A DNA stretch of 64,000 nt from Sedimentisphaerales bacterium (GCA_963708075.1 OY970194.1:4832001-4896000), one strand, 5' to 3'. Positions 10,934-20,997 are shown, counted from the stretch's first letter. Translations and numbers: made by a program. Notes: generated from the letters alone by a model not told the origin.

Positions 10934-11044
10934 CTACAAAGGTATAACCCTGCCGGACGTGGAAAACTCACCGATTTTGGGAATTTCGTGATATGGGCGG
11001 CCCGCGATGAGGATGCCAGGTCTCCAACATGCGGCCAGAGATGG

Positions 11045-11275
11045 TCAACGAGATCGGCGAAGCTTCGCAAACCAGCGTTGCTGCTCGACGAGGCCGGACG
11101 TGGCGGGTGCGCGCCAGTGCCGCCTCGCCGATTCGAAGGCGTCGGAGAGCTGTTCGATGGCCGCCGCGGTGTCGGTGTTGCGGATCGCTTCATTGCGCAG
11201 GCGTTCGAGCACGGGTTGTGTCGCTTCCCAGTTGCGGATCCACTGGCGGACACGTTCTCTCTCTCGTTCGTCCAT
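11045..11275 (-). CDS. Small helical hypothetical protein (76 aa), possibly an orphan antitoxin-like protein
   Basis: Clean ORF with host-like codon use ending in SGLVEQQRWFAKLR. The resemblance to small partners of nucleotidyltransferase genes is from recall only. Confidence 0.55.
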   Translation of the reverse strand: MDERERERVRQWIRNWEATQPVLERLRNEAIRNTDTAAAIEQLSDAFESARRHWRAPATSGLVEQQRWFAKLRRSR

Positions 11276-11371
11276 AGCCGTATTCTACGGCAAGCATCCT
11301 TTTAGGGGTAGCGCAATGCGCGTTGAGCGCGGGTGCGCAACAGAATTGTGCCAAGGCAAACCTGTTGCTAC

Positions 11372-11460
11372 GGGTGGCAGCGTCAAGCGCAGCTTGGCGA
11401 TGGTCTTGTCAGGATGCGGTGCAGCCATCGCCAAGGCCTTCGGCCTTGACGCTGCCACCC
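11372..11460. repeat. REP-like element, GGGTGGCAGCG family
   Basis: gggtggcagcgtcaag...cttgacgctgccaccc; 16 bp inverted repeat. Confidence 0.8.
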
Positions 11461-11492
11461 ACATAACTGGCTGCGTTGTCGCGGGGACAACG

Positions 11493-12428
11493 TCAGCCGA
11501 CGAGGCCGGGCAGGAGCAGGCCGGCGGCCAGGGCCAGGCTGCCGACGTTGTGCAGGAGGATCGTGAGCTGGTTGGCACGATAGAGGCCGGGCTTGGCCAG
11601 GTCCTGCTGGTTGGCCGAGCGCATGGCGAAGATGGCCAGGGGCAGCGTCAGGAGGTAGAACATGCCGCCGAAGAACGTTGCAGAGTGGGCGAGCATCAAC
11701 ATGGCGATGATGTAGCTGGCCGCCAGTGTCGCGCGGTAGACCGCGATACTGATCGGCACATCGAAGACGACGATCATCGTCCTCTTGTTCACCTGCCGGT
11801 CCGCCGGCAGGTCGGGGAACTCGTTGATGAGAATCACCAGGAAGATCAGGATGGCGACAATCAGCGCCGGCAGCAGCGGCAGGATATCAATCGACCGGGC
11901 CTGAAGGTAGTACGACCCGAAGACGGGAAGGATGCCGAAGAGAAAGCCGATCACGACCTCGCCGATGCCGCGATAGCCCAACTGGATCGGTGCGGCGGTA
12001 TAGAAGAATGCGCCGAGCACGCCGGCCAGGCCGATGCCGAGGACGAACGCGCTTCGCGTCAGGAGCACGATGATCAGGCCGATCACCGAGCCGATGGCCA
12101 GGTAGGCCAGACCCGCCAGCAGCGTAGCCTTGGGCGAGAGCCGGCCGTTCTGAATGAAGCGGCTGCCGCCGGAGAAAGGCGTCGGGTTCTTGTTGACCCA
12201 GTCGTTCTGCGACACGTGGTCGAAGTAGTCGTTGACGACATTCGCCCCCGCGTGCAGGGCCATGATGGCCAGGGTCGCCAGCACGAACAGACCTATGCTG
12301 AAGCTGCCGGTCGTCGCATACCCGAGCGCCGAGCCGACCAGGACCGGGGCCACGCTCGCTCCCAGGTACTGCGGCCGAGCCGCCAAGAGCAACGTGCCAA
12401 GCCCGGCCGGCAAAGCCTGAATTCTCAT
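11493..12428 (-). CDS. menA: 1,4-dihydroxy-2-naphthoate polyprenyltransferase (UbiA family)
   Basis: ARP start, NDYFD...D, GGSR, YTAAP and NEFPDLPAD..VNKRT motifs; multiple TM helices. Confidence 0.88.
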   Translation of the reverse strand: MRIQALPAGLGTLLLAARPQYLGASVAPVLVGSALGYATTGSFSIGLFVLATLAIMALHAGANVVNDYFDHVSQNDWVNKNPTPFSGGSRFIQNGRLSPKATLLAGLAYLAIGSVIGLIIVLLTRSAFVLGIGLAGVLGAFFYTAAPIQLGYRGIGEVVIGFLFGILPVFGSYYLQARSIDILPLLPALIVAILIFLVILINEFPDLPADRQVNKRTMIVVFDVPISIAVYRATLAASYIIAMLMLAHSATFFGGMFYLLTLPLAIFAMRSANQQDLAKPGLYRANQLTILLHNVGSLALAAGLLLPGLVG

Positions 12429-12470
12429 GCTCGTCCTTCCAAACCGAACCGCCTCCCCCGTGCAAGAAGG

Positions 12471-12498
12471 ATTCTACCCGCCCTCACCCCCCTGTCAA
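12471..12498 (-). promoter_or_regulatory. Putative sigma70 promoter of menA
   Basis: TTGACA-16 nt-TAGAAT on the minus strand. Confidence 0.5.
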
Positions 12499-12645
12499 GC
12501 GAGCCGCGAGAGGCAGGCCTGTACTGCCAGCGTGGCAGGGCACGAGGGGCTGCCTGCAATTTTGCCAGACGCTGACACAGGGGTGCCTCGGATGTAAGTA
12601 TTTGCAATTCAAGCAGTTACGAACCGTTCGGCAAAAGCCTCCCTG

Positions 12646-12662
12646 TTGGCACGGCATTTGCA
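12646..12662 (+). promoter_or_regulatory. sigma54 (-24/-12) promoter
   Basis: TTGGCACG-gcat-TTGCA matches the consensus TGGCACG-N4-TTGC. An IHF-like site (attcaagcagtta) lies at about 12607-12619. Confidence 0.8.
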
Positions 12663-12686
12663 CGGGAAGAGTGGGATGGTATTGTT

Positions 12687-13103
12687 ATGGTTGCACAGTG
12701 GACAAAACTGGATGACGTGAACGTGCTGGCCAGTGCGGCGGACTGGGCTTGGCCGCAGGCGCTGCGCGACATTTTTCAGCCGCGAGGCGTCAATCTGCTC
12801 GTAGCGCAGGACGCCGGCGAGTTCGTCCACATCATCGCCAACCGGCGGATTCACACGACGATCGTGGACATGGAGTCCGGCCGGTCCGGCGGGCTGACGA
12901 CGATCAAGCTCATCCGCATGGATTATCCGCTCGTGCCCTGCATCCTGCTGACCAGCAAGGTGGATGCGGATGTCCTGGGCAAGGCGCTGCAACTCGATGT
13001 CTTCGGCGTCGTCGGCAAGCCGGTGAACCTGGACATCCTGCAGGAGTTATTGCACCGGCTGTTTCTCAAGAGGTACAACAGCGACCTGTTCGCACTGCGA
13101 TGA
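12687..13103 (+). CDS. Stand-alone response regulator receiver domain (atypical)
   Basis: IVDM (phospho-Asp), LLTS and KP motifs present; the N-terminal acidic pair is missing. Confidence 0.75.
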   Translation: MVAQWTKLDDVNVLASAADWAWPQALRDIFQPRGVNLLVAQDAGEFVHIIANRRIHTTIVDMESGRSGGLTTIKLIRMDYPLVPCILLTSKVDADVLGKALQLDVFGVVGKPVNLDILQELLHRLFLKRYNSDLFALR

Positions 13104-13214
13104 GCGTTCGATCCGCCGGTCAGAGGCAACACGCGGCGAGGCGGTGATTACGATTAGAAACGAAAGAGTACGGTACTCAAACTCATGGATCTTAACGGAA
13201 AGGAGCAAAGACCA

Positions 13215-13505
13215 ATGAAGATTCGACCATTGTCGGATAAAGTCCTGGTGGAGCGCGTCGAGGCGGAGGCGAAGACGGCCGGCGGGATCGTCCTGCCCGA
13301 TACAGCCAAGGAGAAACCCCAAAAGGGCAAGATCGTCGCCGTCGGCGAAGGCAAGCTGCTCGAGGACGGCACCCGCAAAGCCGTCCAGGTCAAGAAGGGC
13401 GATCTCGTGCTCTTCACAAGCTACGCCGGCACGGAAATCAAGGTGGACGGCAAAGAGTACCTGATCATGGACGAGACAGATATCATGGCGGTGATCGAGA
13501 AGTGA
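13215..13505 (+). CDS. groES: Co-chaperonin GroES
   Basis: [28 protein letters not shown] and YAGTEIK; RBS aggag. Confidence 0.98.
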   Translation: MKIRPLSDKVLVERVEAEAKTAGGIVLPDTAKEKPQKGKIVAVGEGKLLEDGTRKAVQVKKGDLVLFTSYAGTEIKVDGKEYLIMDETDIMAVIEK

Positions 13506-13543
13506 GCGGGAAGTTTGAAGTGTGATGTTTGATGGCTGATTTC

Positions 13544-13576
13544 TTAAATCACAAATCAAAAATCACAAATCAACAA
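13544..13576. repeat. Heptamer tandem repeats (AAATCAC/AAATCAA)n
   Basis: aaatcac aaatcaa aaatcac aaatcaa between groES and groEL. Similar arrays at about 15250, 21631, 29333, 31410, 32322, 32960, 48538, 48961 and 61862. Confidence 0.75.
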
Positions 13577-13617
13577 TGCTCCCAGACTTCAAACTAGAAA
13601 GAAGGAGTTGAAAGAAC

Positions 13618-15243
13618 ATGGCAGCTAAGAAAATAGCTTTTGGAACTGAGGCACGCAGGGCCATTCGCGACGGCGTCAGGAAACTGGCGGCCGCCGTGAA
13701 AGTCACGCTGGGGCCCGCCGGTCGAGTGGTGATTCTCGAGAAGTCGTACGGGGCGCCGACCGTGACCAAGGACGGCGTGACTGTGGCCAAGGAAATCGAG
13801 CTCGAAGACGCCTATGAAAACATGGGCGCCCAGATGGTCAAGGAAGTGGCGTCGAAGACCTCCACGGTCGCCGGCGACGGGACCACCACCGCAACCATCC
13901 TGGCCGAAGCCATCTTTGAGGAGGGGCTCAAGAACATTACCGCCGGCGCGAACGCGACGCAGGTCAAGCGGGGCATCGACCTGGCCGTGGAAGCCATCGT
14001 CGAGGGACTTCGCAACATGAGCATCACCGTCGAGTCCGGCAAGCAGATCGAGCAGGTGGCCACGTGCTCGGCCAACCAGGACGTCGAGATCGGCAAGAAA
14101 CTCGCCGAGGCGATGAACCGGGTCGGAAAAGACGGCGTGATCACGGTCGAGGAGGGACAATCCCTGGAAACCACGGTCGATCTGCTCGAAGGCATGCAGT
14201 TCGACAAGGGGTATCTGAGCCCGCACTTCGTCAACAATCTCGAGAACATGTCCGTCGTTCTCGACAAGCCCTACATCCTGATCCATGAGAAGAAGATCAG
14301 CTCCGTCAAATCGCTGGTCCCGCTGCTCGAGAAGGTGGCGAAACAGGGCAAGCCCCTGCTGATCATCGCCGAGGACGTCGAGGGCGAGGCGCTGGCGACG
14401 CTGGTGGTGAACAAGCTTCGCGGCGTGCTCCAGGTCGCGGCGGTCAAGGCCCCCGGCTTCGGCGACCGGCGCAAGGCCCTGCTCAGCGATATCGCCGTGC
14501 TGACCGGCGGCGAGCCGATTTTCGAGGACCTCGGCCTGCAACTGGAGAACATCGAGCTGCGTCAGCTCGGCCGGGCCAAGCAGATCACCATCGACAAGGA
14601 CACCACCACGATCATCGAGGGCGGTGGAAGCACCGAGGCGATCAAGGGCCGCATCGAGCAGATCAAGGCTGAGATCGACAAATCGACCAGCGATTACGAT
14701 ATCGAGAAGCTCCAGGAGCGGCTGGCCAAGCTCGCCGGCGGTGTCGCCCAGATCAACGTTGGGGCCGCCACCGAGGCGGAAATGAAGGAGAAGAAGGCCC
14801 GCGTGGAAGACGCGCTGCATGCCTGCCGGGCCGCAGTCGAGGAAGGCATCCTGCCCGGCGGCGGCGTAGCAATGCTCCGGACCATATCCGTACTGGATAA
14901 GATCAAGGGCAAGGGCGATGAGCAGATCGGCGTCGATATCATTCGCAGGGCTATTTTCGCCCCGATCAAGCAGATCGCCCAGAACGCCGGGCTCGACGGC
15001 TCCATCGTCGCCCAGAAGGTGATCGAGAGCGACGCGAAGAATTTCGGCTACGATGTGCTTCGCCGCGAGTACGGCGACATGATCAAGTTCGGCGTGATCG
15101 TCCCGACCAAGGTCGAGCGGACCGCCCTGCAGAACGGGGCCTCCATCGCCTCGCTCCTGCTGACCACCGACGCCATCGTCAGCGAGATCCCCGAAAAGAA
15201 GGAAAAGGCCCCCGCCATGCCTCCCGGCGGCGGAATGTATTAA
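13618..15243 (+). CDS. groEL: Chaperonin GroEL
   Basis: [34 protein letters not shown] and a GGGMY tail. Confidence 0.98.
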   Translation: MAAKKIAFGTEARRAIRDGVRKLAAAVKVTLGPAGRVVILEKSYGAPTVTKDGVTVAKEIELEDAYENMGAQMVKEVASKTSTVAGDGTTTATILAEAIFEEGLKNITAGANATQVKRGIDLAVEAIVEGLRNMSITVESGKQIEQVATCSANQDVEIGKKLAEAMNRVGKDGVITVEEGQSLETTVDLLEGMQFDKGYLSPHFVNNLENMSVVLDKPYILIHEKKISSVKSLVPLLEKVAKQGKPLLIIAEDVEGEALATLVVNKLRGVLQVAAVKAPGFGDRRKALLSDIAVLTGGEPIFEDLGLQLENIELRQLGRAKQITIDKDTTTIIEGGGSTEAIKGRIEQIKAEIDKSTSDYDIEKLQERLAKLAGGVAQINVGAATEAEMKEKKARVEDALHACRAAVEEGILPGGGVAMLRTISVLDKIKGKGDEQIGVDIIRRAIFAPIKQIAQNAGLDGSIVAQKVIESDAKNFGYDVLRREYGDMIKFGVIVPTKVERTALQNGASIASLLLTTDAIVSEIPEKKEKAPAMPPGGGMY

Positions 15244-15317
15244 GACAGTGAGAAGTCTGAAGTGTGAAGTTTGAAGGAACTACGAAAGCCCTTCAACTGA
15301 CCACTGACGTAGATCAG

Positions 15318-15351
15318 CAGGCGGGTCCCCGAACGGGACCCGCTTGTTTTT
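15318..15351 (+). terminator. Intrinsic terminator after groEL
   Basis: caggcgggtccc-cgaac-gggacccgcttg followed by ttttt. Confidence 0.8.
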
Positions 15352-15453
15352 CGTAGTATGGTTTTGTAGAGTGCGCTTGAATCTTGGTTGGGTGGCAGCG
15401 TCAAGCGCAGCTTGGCGATGGCTTGATTGTGAGCACAACTGGGAGCTCGGCAA

Positions 15454-15744
15454 ATGCCTTTTCGATTCTATTCGAATATGTTATCTCAAGCCTCGCGGAC
15501 GCTGGCGGCGAGCATTCTGATGGTCGGCCTGCTGCTGATCGGCTTCGGCATGCTGATCATGGCCCTGCCGGAGCTCTTCGCCTTTTTAGCCGCGGCTGTC
15601 TTCTTCCTCGCCGGCGTCGCCTGCGCGATCACCGCCCTCAAAATCTTCTGGGCCCAGCGCCGCTTCAACAAACGAATCTCCCACGAGCCCGACGCCTACC
15701 GCGAAAACGTAGTCATCCACCGGGACGACTTTCGCAACCTGTGA
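15454..15744 (+). CDS. Small membrane protein (2 TM)
   Basis: Two hydrophobic segments and a charged tail; host-like codon use. Confidence 0.7.
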   Translation: MPFRFYSNMLSQASRTLAASILMVGLLLIGFGMLIMALPELFAFLAAAVFFLAGVACAITALKIFWAQRRFNKRISHEPDAYRENVVIHRDDFRNL

Positions 15745-15820
15745 TCCACCGCCTCGCCCCGCCGCCTTAACGGGCGACCATCACCAACAACAATACATAA
15801 TTCCTAATTGCAGACCTGAC

Positions 15821-16063
15821 CCTCAGACTCCACGCGTATTCCCCACCCTCTACTTCATCAAAGGGGCCCTGGCGCTGGACGCCCTGCGGACACAGCTCGG
15901 CGACGAGCAGTCCTTCGCCGGTTTCAGGAAGGTCTTCGCCGTAGGCACCACCGAGCCGGTCACGCTCGACTACTTCCGCCAATGCTTCGAATCCATCCAC
16001 GGCGCCTCCCTGGCCGATTTCTTCCACCGCTGGTACAACGCCCCCGGCCTGCCCAACAACTGA
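15821..16063 (+). pseudogene. C-terminal fragment of an M1-family aminopeptidase
   Basis: No start codon. The frame reads LYFIKGALALDALRTQLGDEQSFAGFRKVF...VTLDYFRQCFESIHGASLADFFHRWYNAPGLP*, the M1 pattern KGA..L..LR..LGDE...FF..W...PG.P. Confidence 0.7.
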
Positions 16064-16115
16064 CCGTGATGCACTTGACATGTCGATGCGTCCTTCCATA
16101 CTACTACCCGCATTC

Positions 16116-16526
16116 TTATCCGTTTGTGGGTTTCTTCCAGAGCTTCACCAACTCTATGATACCACCATGTATGAGCACCAACGGAATCCAAATCCATGCG
16201 AAAGGGCGTGAGAGCCACCATGTCCATTTCCGCACAATGAGAATCATGGTCGAATCCTTACAGGCATCGCACCTCTCGACTATGACCATGCGCTGCACAG
16301 TGTACGCTCCACTTTCCCGATAGCACTCAGCAACCTCGTAAGGTCTACTGAGCCCACATCCAGGGCACCTCCAAAAGAACCGGTGCAGGTGGGCACAGAA
16401 ATGGCACCACCCAAGAAGGCCGAGGAGGATAACGATCAGTACCACAATCAATAGGATATCAGACAGGTGCGGAATGACAGCACTCTGATTGAGTAGTATC
16501 ACCGCTGTCTTCACATAAACACACAT
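16116..16526 (-). CDS. Hypothetical membrane protein with two CxxC pairs
   Basis: TM, then CPGC...CDAC, then TM; low-GC region; co-oriented with the upstream lipoprotein gene. Confidence 0.5.
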   Translation of the reverse strand: MCVYVKTAVILLNQSAVIPHLSDILLIVVLIVILLGLLGWCHFCAHLHRFFWRCPGCGLSRPYEVAECYRESGAYTVQRMVIVERCDACKDSTMILIVRKWTWWLSRPFAWIWIPLVLIHGGIIELVKLWKKPTNG

Positions 16527-16532
16527 ATCGGC

Positions 16533-17246
16533 TCACTGCTCCCAAATGAGCAGTGTGATTATCGGCAGCCCGATGGAATCGGTCGGCAATTCCATCGCAA
16601 GAACTGCTATGATATCGTTACGTACCCAGGTCACTCTATCACTCGATCTGGACTCCGGGTCTCCCCACGTCTTGCTTGAGGCACCTGCAATGCTCTCAAA
16701 CCTGCGGTTCGCCTCTTCCACAGTCTCGTAGAATCCTCCAAAGACATCCTTTGTCTGTATTAACCTGCCGTCTTTGAAGAACAGGGCTACTTCCGACTGG
16801 CCCTCCTCTCCGGCTACATCCCTGTCAACATAGTACCGATAATAGGTTTTTGTCGGTACTCTCTCAAACAATGGAGGGCCCTCTTTTGTCCTCTGGATAT
16901 TTGGTATCTTGTTCAGATACCCCGCTACGTCGGCAAGACTACACCCCATCGGAATCCCATCATACGAGATTTCCAGGTCTTGACCGTAATCATCCCGTCC
17001 GAGACGAGCAGACTGACCACTCACAACTTCAGATGCTGGGTCACGCCTGGACTCTGGCGATTGTGAAAGGTTAGGCATTGCTTCCCCCAAGTGCGCTTCA
17101 GGCCCAGTCGCCGTTGTAAGCATGGGAAGCTGCGGCTCTGCTGTTTGGGCTGACTGACTCTCTGTTGTATCTTGTTCGCGACAACCACTGAGCCCAATCA
17201 AGATAGTACAAAAGCAAAGCGGAACAAGGCACTTACCCATTTCCAT
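16533..17246 (-). CDS. Hypothetical lipoprotein
   Basis: Lipobox LSGC after a hydrophobic leader; 237 aa ORF in a low-GC insert; RBS gggag. Confidence 0.65.
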   Translation of the reverse strand: MEMGKCLVPLCFCTILIGLSGCREQDTTESQSAQTAEPQLPMLTTATGPEAHLGEAMPNLSQSPESRRDPASEVVSGQSARLGRDDYGQDLEISYDGIPMGCSLADVAGYLNKIPNIQRTKEGPPLFERVPTKTYYRYYVDRDVAGEEGQSEVALFFKDGRLIQTKDVFGGFYETVEEANRRFESIAGASSKTWGDPESRSSDRVTWVRNDIIAVLAMELPTDSIGLPIITLLIWEQ

Positions 17247-17518
17247 TGTCTCCCAGAAAACCGATGATGTCAGGAACTACTGATGTCAGGTATATTCCTC
17301 GAAACCATCTCTTGGTCACCAAAGCCGCCAGAGTTGACCCCCGAGATTATGCACCCAAGCAAACGCTGGTGCAAGATAGAAACCGGAAGGGCGAAGGACA
17401 TTCTGCCCTTCAACGATGCACAGACAGAGACGCGTCGTAGGATTCTGGGGGGAATGCCTCGCCTACTATCTCGCGAGTAGAATTGGGTACGGTCTGGCCG
17501 GATTCAACTGCCCGCGGT

Positions 17519-17788
17519 CTACGGTTCCTTCACGATTCCGCGGTCATCGAGGAATTCGACGGGGTCTTTGGTCTTGCCGTGCTCCCACATGAGAGAATAG
17601 AACCAGATGCCGCTCTCGCCGATCCAGAAATCGGCGGGCGTGAATCGCATCTTCGAGCCGGGAGGTTTCTTGCGGCTCTGGGGCGTGTACTCTGCCTGCC
17701 AGCCGAATATCTCGCCCTGCCAATGCCTGCCGACAGTATGGAGATGGTTGGCGAAGGCTTTGACTTCACTCAGGTCCGGGATGACCAC
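17519..17788 (-). CDS. Small Trp-rich hypothetical protein
   Basis: Host-like codon use from about GTG 17788 (IPDLSEVKAFANHL...WQGEIFGW...FWIGESGIWFYSLMWE); start uncertain. Confidence 0.55.
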   Translation of the reverse strand: MVIPDLSEVKAFANHLHTVGRHWQGEIFGWQAEYTPQSRKKPPGSKMRFTPADFWIGESGIWFYSLMWEHGKTKDPVEFLDDRGIVKEP

Positions 17789-18008
17789 GGGCAGAACCGA
17801 CGAAGAGTCAGTTCCTCGCGGGATTCTTGCTTTAACCGTTAGCACGCTTACTTTGCTCCATACCCCTTGACGCGCAAGATGACAGGCATACGACTCCTTC
17901 CCAGCAACCGATTCTCCTTTGCCTGCTGCTAGAATCATAGCACGCCACGCCAATTGACGCAAGGAAATCAACGAGACTAGAAGATGGCCGGCCACAGACC
18001 ACCCCGCG

Positions 18009-18035
18009 GCTGGATTCCCGCCTTCGCGGGAACGA
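18009..18035. repeat. REP-like half element (CTGGATTCCCGCCTTCGCGGGAA)
   Basis: Same core as 24077-24104. Confidence 0.7.
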
Positions 18036-18049
18036 CATGCGCGGGTAGG

Positions 18050-19189
18050 CTATCGTAGCTTGATGGTGGCCAGGGCCAGGGCGGCGAAGGCGGCGGCCAT
18101 CAGCCAGAAGCGCACAACTACCTGTGGCTCGCTCCAGCCGGCTAGGTGGAAGTGGTGATGCAGCGGGGCGCAGCGGAAGAGACGCTTGCCGCCGGTGTAT
18201 TTGAAGTAGCCCACCTGGAGCACGACACTCATCAGCTCGATGACGAAGACGCCGCCGATGATCAGCAGGAGGATTTCGTTGCGTGTGACGAGAGCGCCGT
18301 AGCCCATCGCGGCGCCGAGCGGCAGCGAACCGGTGTCGCCCATGAAGGTCTGGGCCGGGTAGCAGTTGAACCAGAGGAAACCCAGGACCGCGCCAAGAAT
18401 GGATGCGTAGAAGATGCTCAGCTCGCCGGCCTCGGGGATGTGCGGCAGCAGCAGGTAGCTCGACCACGTCACCGGCGTCGTCCGCGACATCAGCTCGGCG
18501 GCCACGTAGCACAGGATCACCAGGACCAGACTGACCATAGCGAGGCACCCGCCGGCAAGCCCATCCATGCCGTCAGCGAGGTTCACCGCGTTGCTCGTCG
18601 CCGAGATATAGAAGATCGCGATCAGGATGAACGTCCAGTTGGCCAGGGGCAGGCCGTTCTTGTAAAAGGGCACCCAGAGCAGCTTGCCGTCCTCGATGGC
18701 ATGGAAATCGAGGAACAGGAACGACGCGATGAGCACAGCCCCGGCGATCTGGAAGATCAGCTTCTCCCAGGCGAGCAGGCCGTTGCGCCCGCGCTGTCGG
18801 GATGCGGCGGTGAGCTTGAGCCAGTCGTCCACGCCGCCGAGGACCCCGAACCACAGCAGGACGAAAAGAGCCTTCTGGACGAACGGGTTGCTGAGCCGGG
18901 CCCACAGCAGGGTCGTCAGGATGGCCGAGGAGAGGATGATCAAGCCGCCCATTGTCGGCGTGTTGGCCTTCTCCTTCGTCAGCTCGTTGAGGGCCGCATG
19001 ATGAAACTCGGGCCGGTCCCCGATCTTCATGCGCATGAGCCAGCGGATGATCCGCGGCCCGATCAGCAGGGCGATGGCCAGACTCGTCAGGACCGCCACG
19101 ACGGCGCGAAACAGGACATGCTGATACGCATAGAAGTGCAGCGTATCGGCGAAGAAACTGCTGAAATGCTGGACCAGTGCGTAAATCAT
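18050..19189 (-). CDS. mraY: Phospho-N-acetylmuramoyl-pentapeptide transferase
   Basis: TPTMGG, DDWLK, NAVNLADGMDGLA, FMGDTGS and APLHHHF. Start MIYALV at 19189 overlaps the murF stop. Confidence 0.96.
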   Translation of the reverse strand: MIYALVQHFSSFFADTLHFYAYQHVLFRAVVAVLTSLAIALLIGPRIIRWLMRMKIGDRPEFHHAALNELTKEKANTPTMGGLIILSSAILTTLLWARLSNPFVQKALFVLLWFGVLGGVDDWLKLTAASRQRGRNGLLAWEKLIFQIAGAVLIASFLFLDFHAIEDGKLLWVPFYKNGLPLANWTFILIAIFYISATSNAVNLADGMDGLAGGCLAMVSLVLVILCYVAAELMSRTTPVTWSSYLLLPHIPEAGELSIFYASILGAVLGFLWFNCYPAQTFMGDTGSLPLGAAMGYGALVTRNEILLLIIGGVFVIELMSVVLQVGYFKYTGGKRLFRCAPLHHHFHLAGWSEPQVVVRFWLMAAAFAALALATIKLR

Positions 19190-20766
19190 CCTGTTCCTCG
19201 TGCGGCAGCGTGCGCCTCGCATGACGAGAAGAGTTCCCGCAGCCTGTCCACCACTCGCTCCAAGCGGGCCATTCGTGAGCCTTTGACCAGGATGATGTCG
19301 TTTTCCTGAATCAACTCCCGCAGGCGGTCGCAGGCGGCTGCGGCATCGTCGAAGCACTGGACTTGGAGACTCTGTCGCGCCGCTTCCTGGGCAGAGCGCG
19401 CCGTGACTCGCGGCGGCTCGCCGATGGTGACGAGCAGGTCCACGCCCGTTTCGGCGACCGTCGCACCCAGCTCGGCGTGCAGAGCTTTCGTCTGCGGCCC
19501 CAATTCGGCCATCTCGCCGCAGACAAAGACCAGTCGGCGGCTCCGTTTCGCGCTGGCAGGCGAGCGAAGATTGCCCAGCATGGCCAGAGCGTTCTTCATC
19601 GACGCCGGGTTGGCGTTGTAGCAATCGTTCAGGACGGTGAGCGTCCCGATCTGCACGGGCTCGGCCCGCATGGCCACGCCTTGCAGGCTCGCCACCGCCT
19701 CGGCGAAGTCCTCAGCGCTCAAGCCAAGCTGATCGCACACCGCCCACGCGGCCAGGGCGTTCTCTACGTTGCCGGGCCCGGGCAATGGCAGGCGGACCTG
19801 CGTGCCGCGGATGGCGAACGTGCTGTGCAGGGCCTCGCAGACGATGCGCTCCGCCCGGTAGGTCGCGTCGGCAGACTTGCCGAACATGCAAAAACGCCGC
19901 CCCTTCGTGGCGAGGGCATCTTGCCCTTGTTCTTTCGTGGCGACGGTGTCCCGCCCTCGAATCGCCGGCAGGATGCCGGCGGGACGCAAGGGCGAGACGC
20001 CCTCGCCACGCATCATCGCCAAGCTCCCCGCGGCCGCGACCAAAGGCTCGATATCAGCATTGATAATGAAGGTTCCATCGCTCGCGAGCCCTTCGGCAAT
20101 CGAAAGTTTCTCACGAATGATCGTGGCGAGGTCCCCGAAACCCTCCAAGTGGGCCGGGTGAGCGTTGGTCACCACGGCGATATTCGGCTGAGCGATCCCC
20201 GTCAAGTAGGCGATCTCGCCCGGATGATTGGCCCCGAGCTCCGCGACGATGATCTCGTCCTGCGGCTCGGCGCTCAGCAAAGTCAGGGGAAGTCCGATAT
20301 TATTGTTGAAACTCTTCCTGGCCTGATGGGTGCGGAACCGCTGACTGAGGACATGGTGGATGATCTGCCGGGTCGTGGTCTTGCCCACCGAGCCGGTGAT
20401 GGCGACGACGGTGAACGGATGTGTCCGCCGGTACTCGCGGGCGAGGTCGCCGAGCGCCCGGATCGTGTCCGGGACCCTGAGGACCGGCCCCGGGATCGGC
20501 TCGCCGTTGACCGTCCGGCAGACGACGGCACAAGCCGCCCCCTTGCGAAAGACCTCCGCCACGTAGCTATGCCCGTCGAAGTTATCGCCGGCAATGGCAA
20601 AGAAACAGTCGCCGGGGTTGATCGTGCGCGAGTCGGTGCTGACGCCGGTGATGCACGGCCCGGCGGTTTCCGTGCCGTCGGGCGCTGCCCGACGCGTGAC
20701 CGCCGCCCCCAGGATCCTTGCCAGCGCCTCTATCGAAATCGGATGCGTTGTATCCGTACTTACCAC
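19186..20766 (-). CDS. murF: UDP-MurNAc-tripeptide--D-Ala-D-Ala ligase with a 35-aa repeat-derived insert
   Basis: TDSR, FDGH, ITGSVGKTTT, NNNIGLP, AHLEGF, DCYNANPASM, GEMAELG and VKGSR. Confidence 0.95.
   Translation of the reverse strand: MVSTDTTHPISIEALARILGAAVTRRAAPDGTETAGPCITGVSTDSRTINPGDCFFAIAGDNFDGHSYVAEVFRKGAACAVVCRTVNGEPIPGPVLRVPDTIRALGDLAREYRRTHPFTVVAITGSVGKTTTRQIIHHVLSQRFRTHQARKSFNNNIGLPLTLLSAEPQDEIIVAELGANHPGEIAYLTGIAQPNIAVVTNAHPAHLEGFGDLATIIREKLSIAEGLASDGTFIINADIEPLVAAAGSLAMMRGEGVSPLRPAGILPAIRGRDTVATKEQGQDALATKGRRFCMFGKSADATYRAERIVCEALHSTFAIRGTQVRLPLPGPGNVENALAAWAVCDQLGLSAEDFAEAVASLQGVAMRAEPVQIGTLTVLNDCYNANPASMKNALAMLGNLRSPASAKRSRRLVFVCGEMAELGPQTKALHAELGATVAETGVDLLVTIGEPPRVTARSAQEAARQSLQVQCFDDAAAACDRLRELIQENDIILVKGSRMARLERVVDRLRELFSSCEAHAAARGTG
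19906..20010. repeat. 105 bp palindromic element inserted in frame in murF
   Basis: cgtggcgagggcatcttgccctt ... aagggcgagacgccctcgccacg (23 bp inverted repeat, 2 mismatches), with the internal hairpin gccggcaggatgccggc. Confidence 0.85.
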
Positions 20767-20997
20767 CTGCGATCTTCACTTCGGCGTCCCGGTCGCCTCA
20801 GACATCGCGGCGCGCCCGAAACGCCCCCGGACTAGTTCTTCATGCTCTGTCTTCGGCAAACCGCGTATCAATACTGCAAAAACAGATAAGAGCCACGCCA
20901 CCAAGTGAGAAGAATATACATAGGTCCCTCCCGGGAATCAAGGCCGATGCCGCCGTCCTGCTTGTCCCGGAAGGTGGAATGTGCCAAAATTCGATCA

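Noticed and set aside
11007..14820. Long ORFs antisense to real genes (e.g. 11007-12575 and 13594-14820; also 19363-20835, 40314-42635 and 61893-63644)
   Set aside because: Shadow ORFs typical of high-GC coding DNA, with no family motifs.
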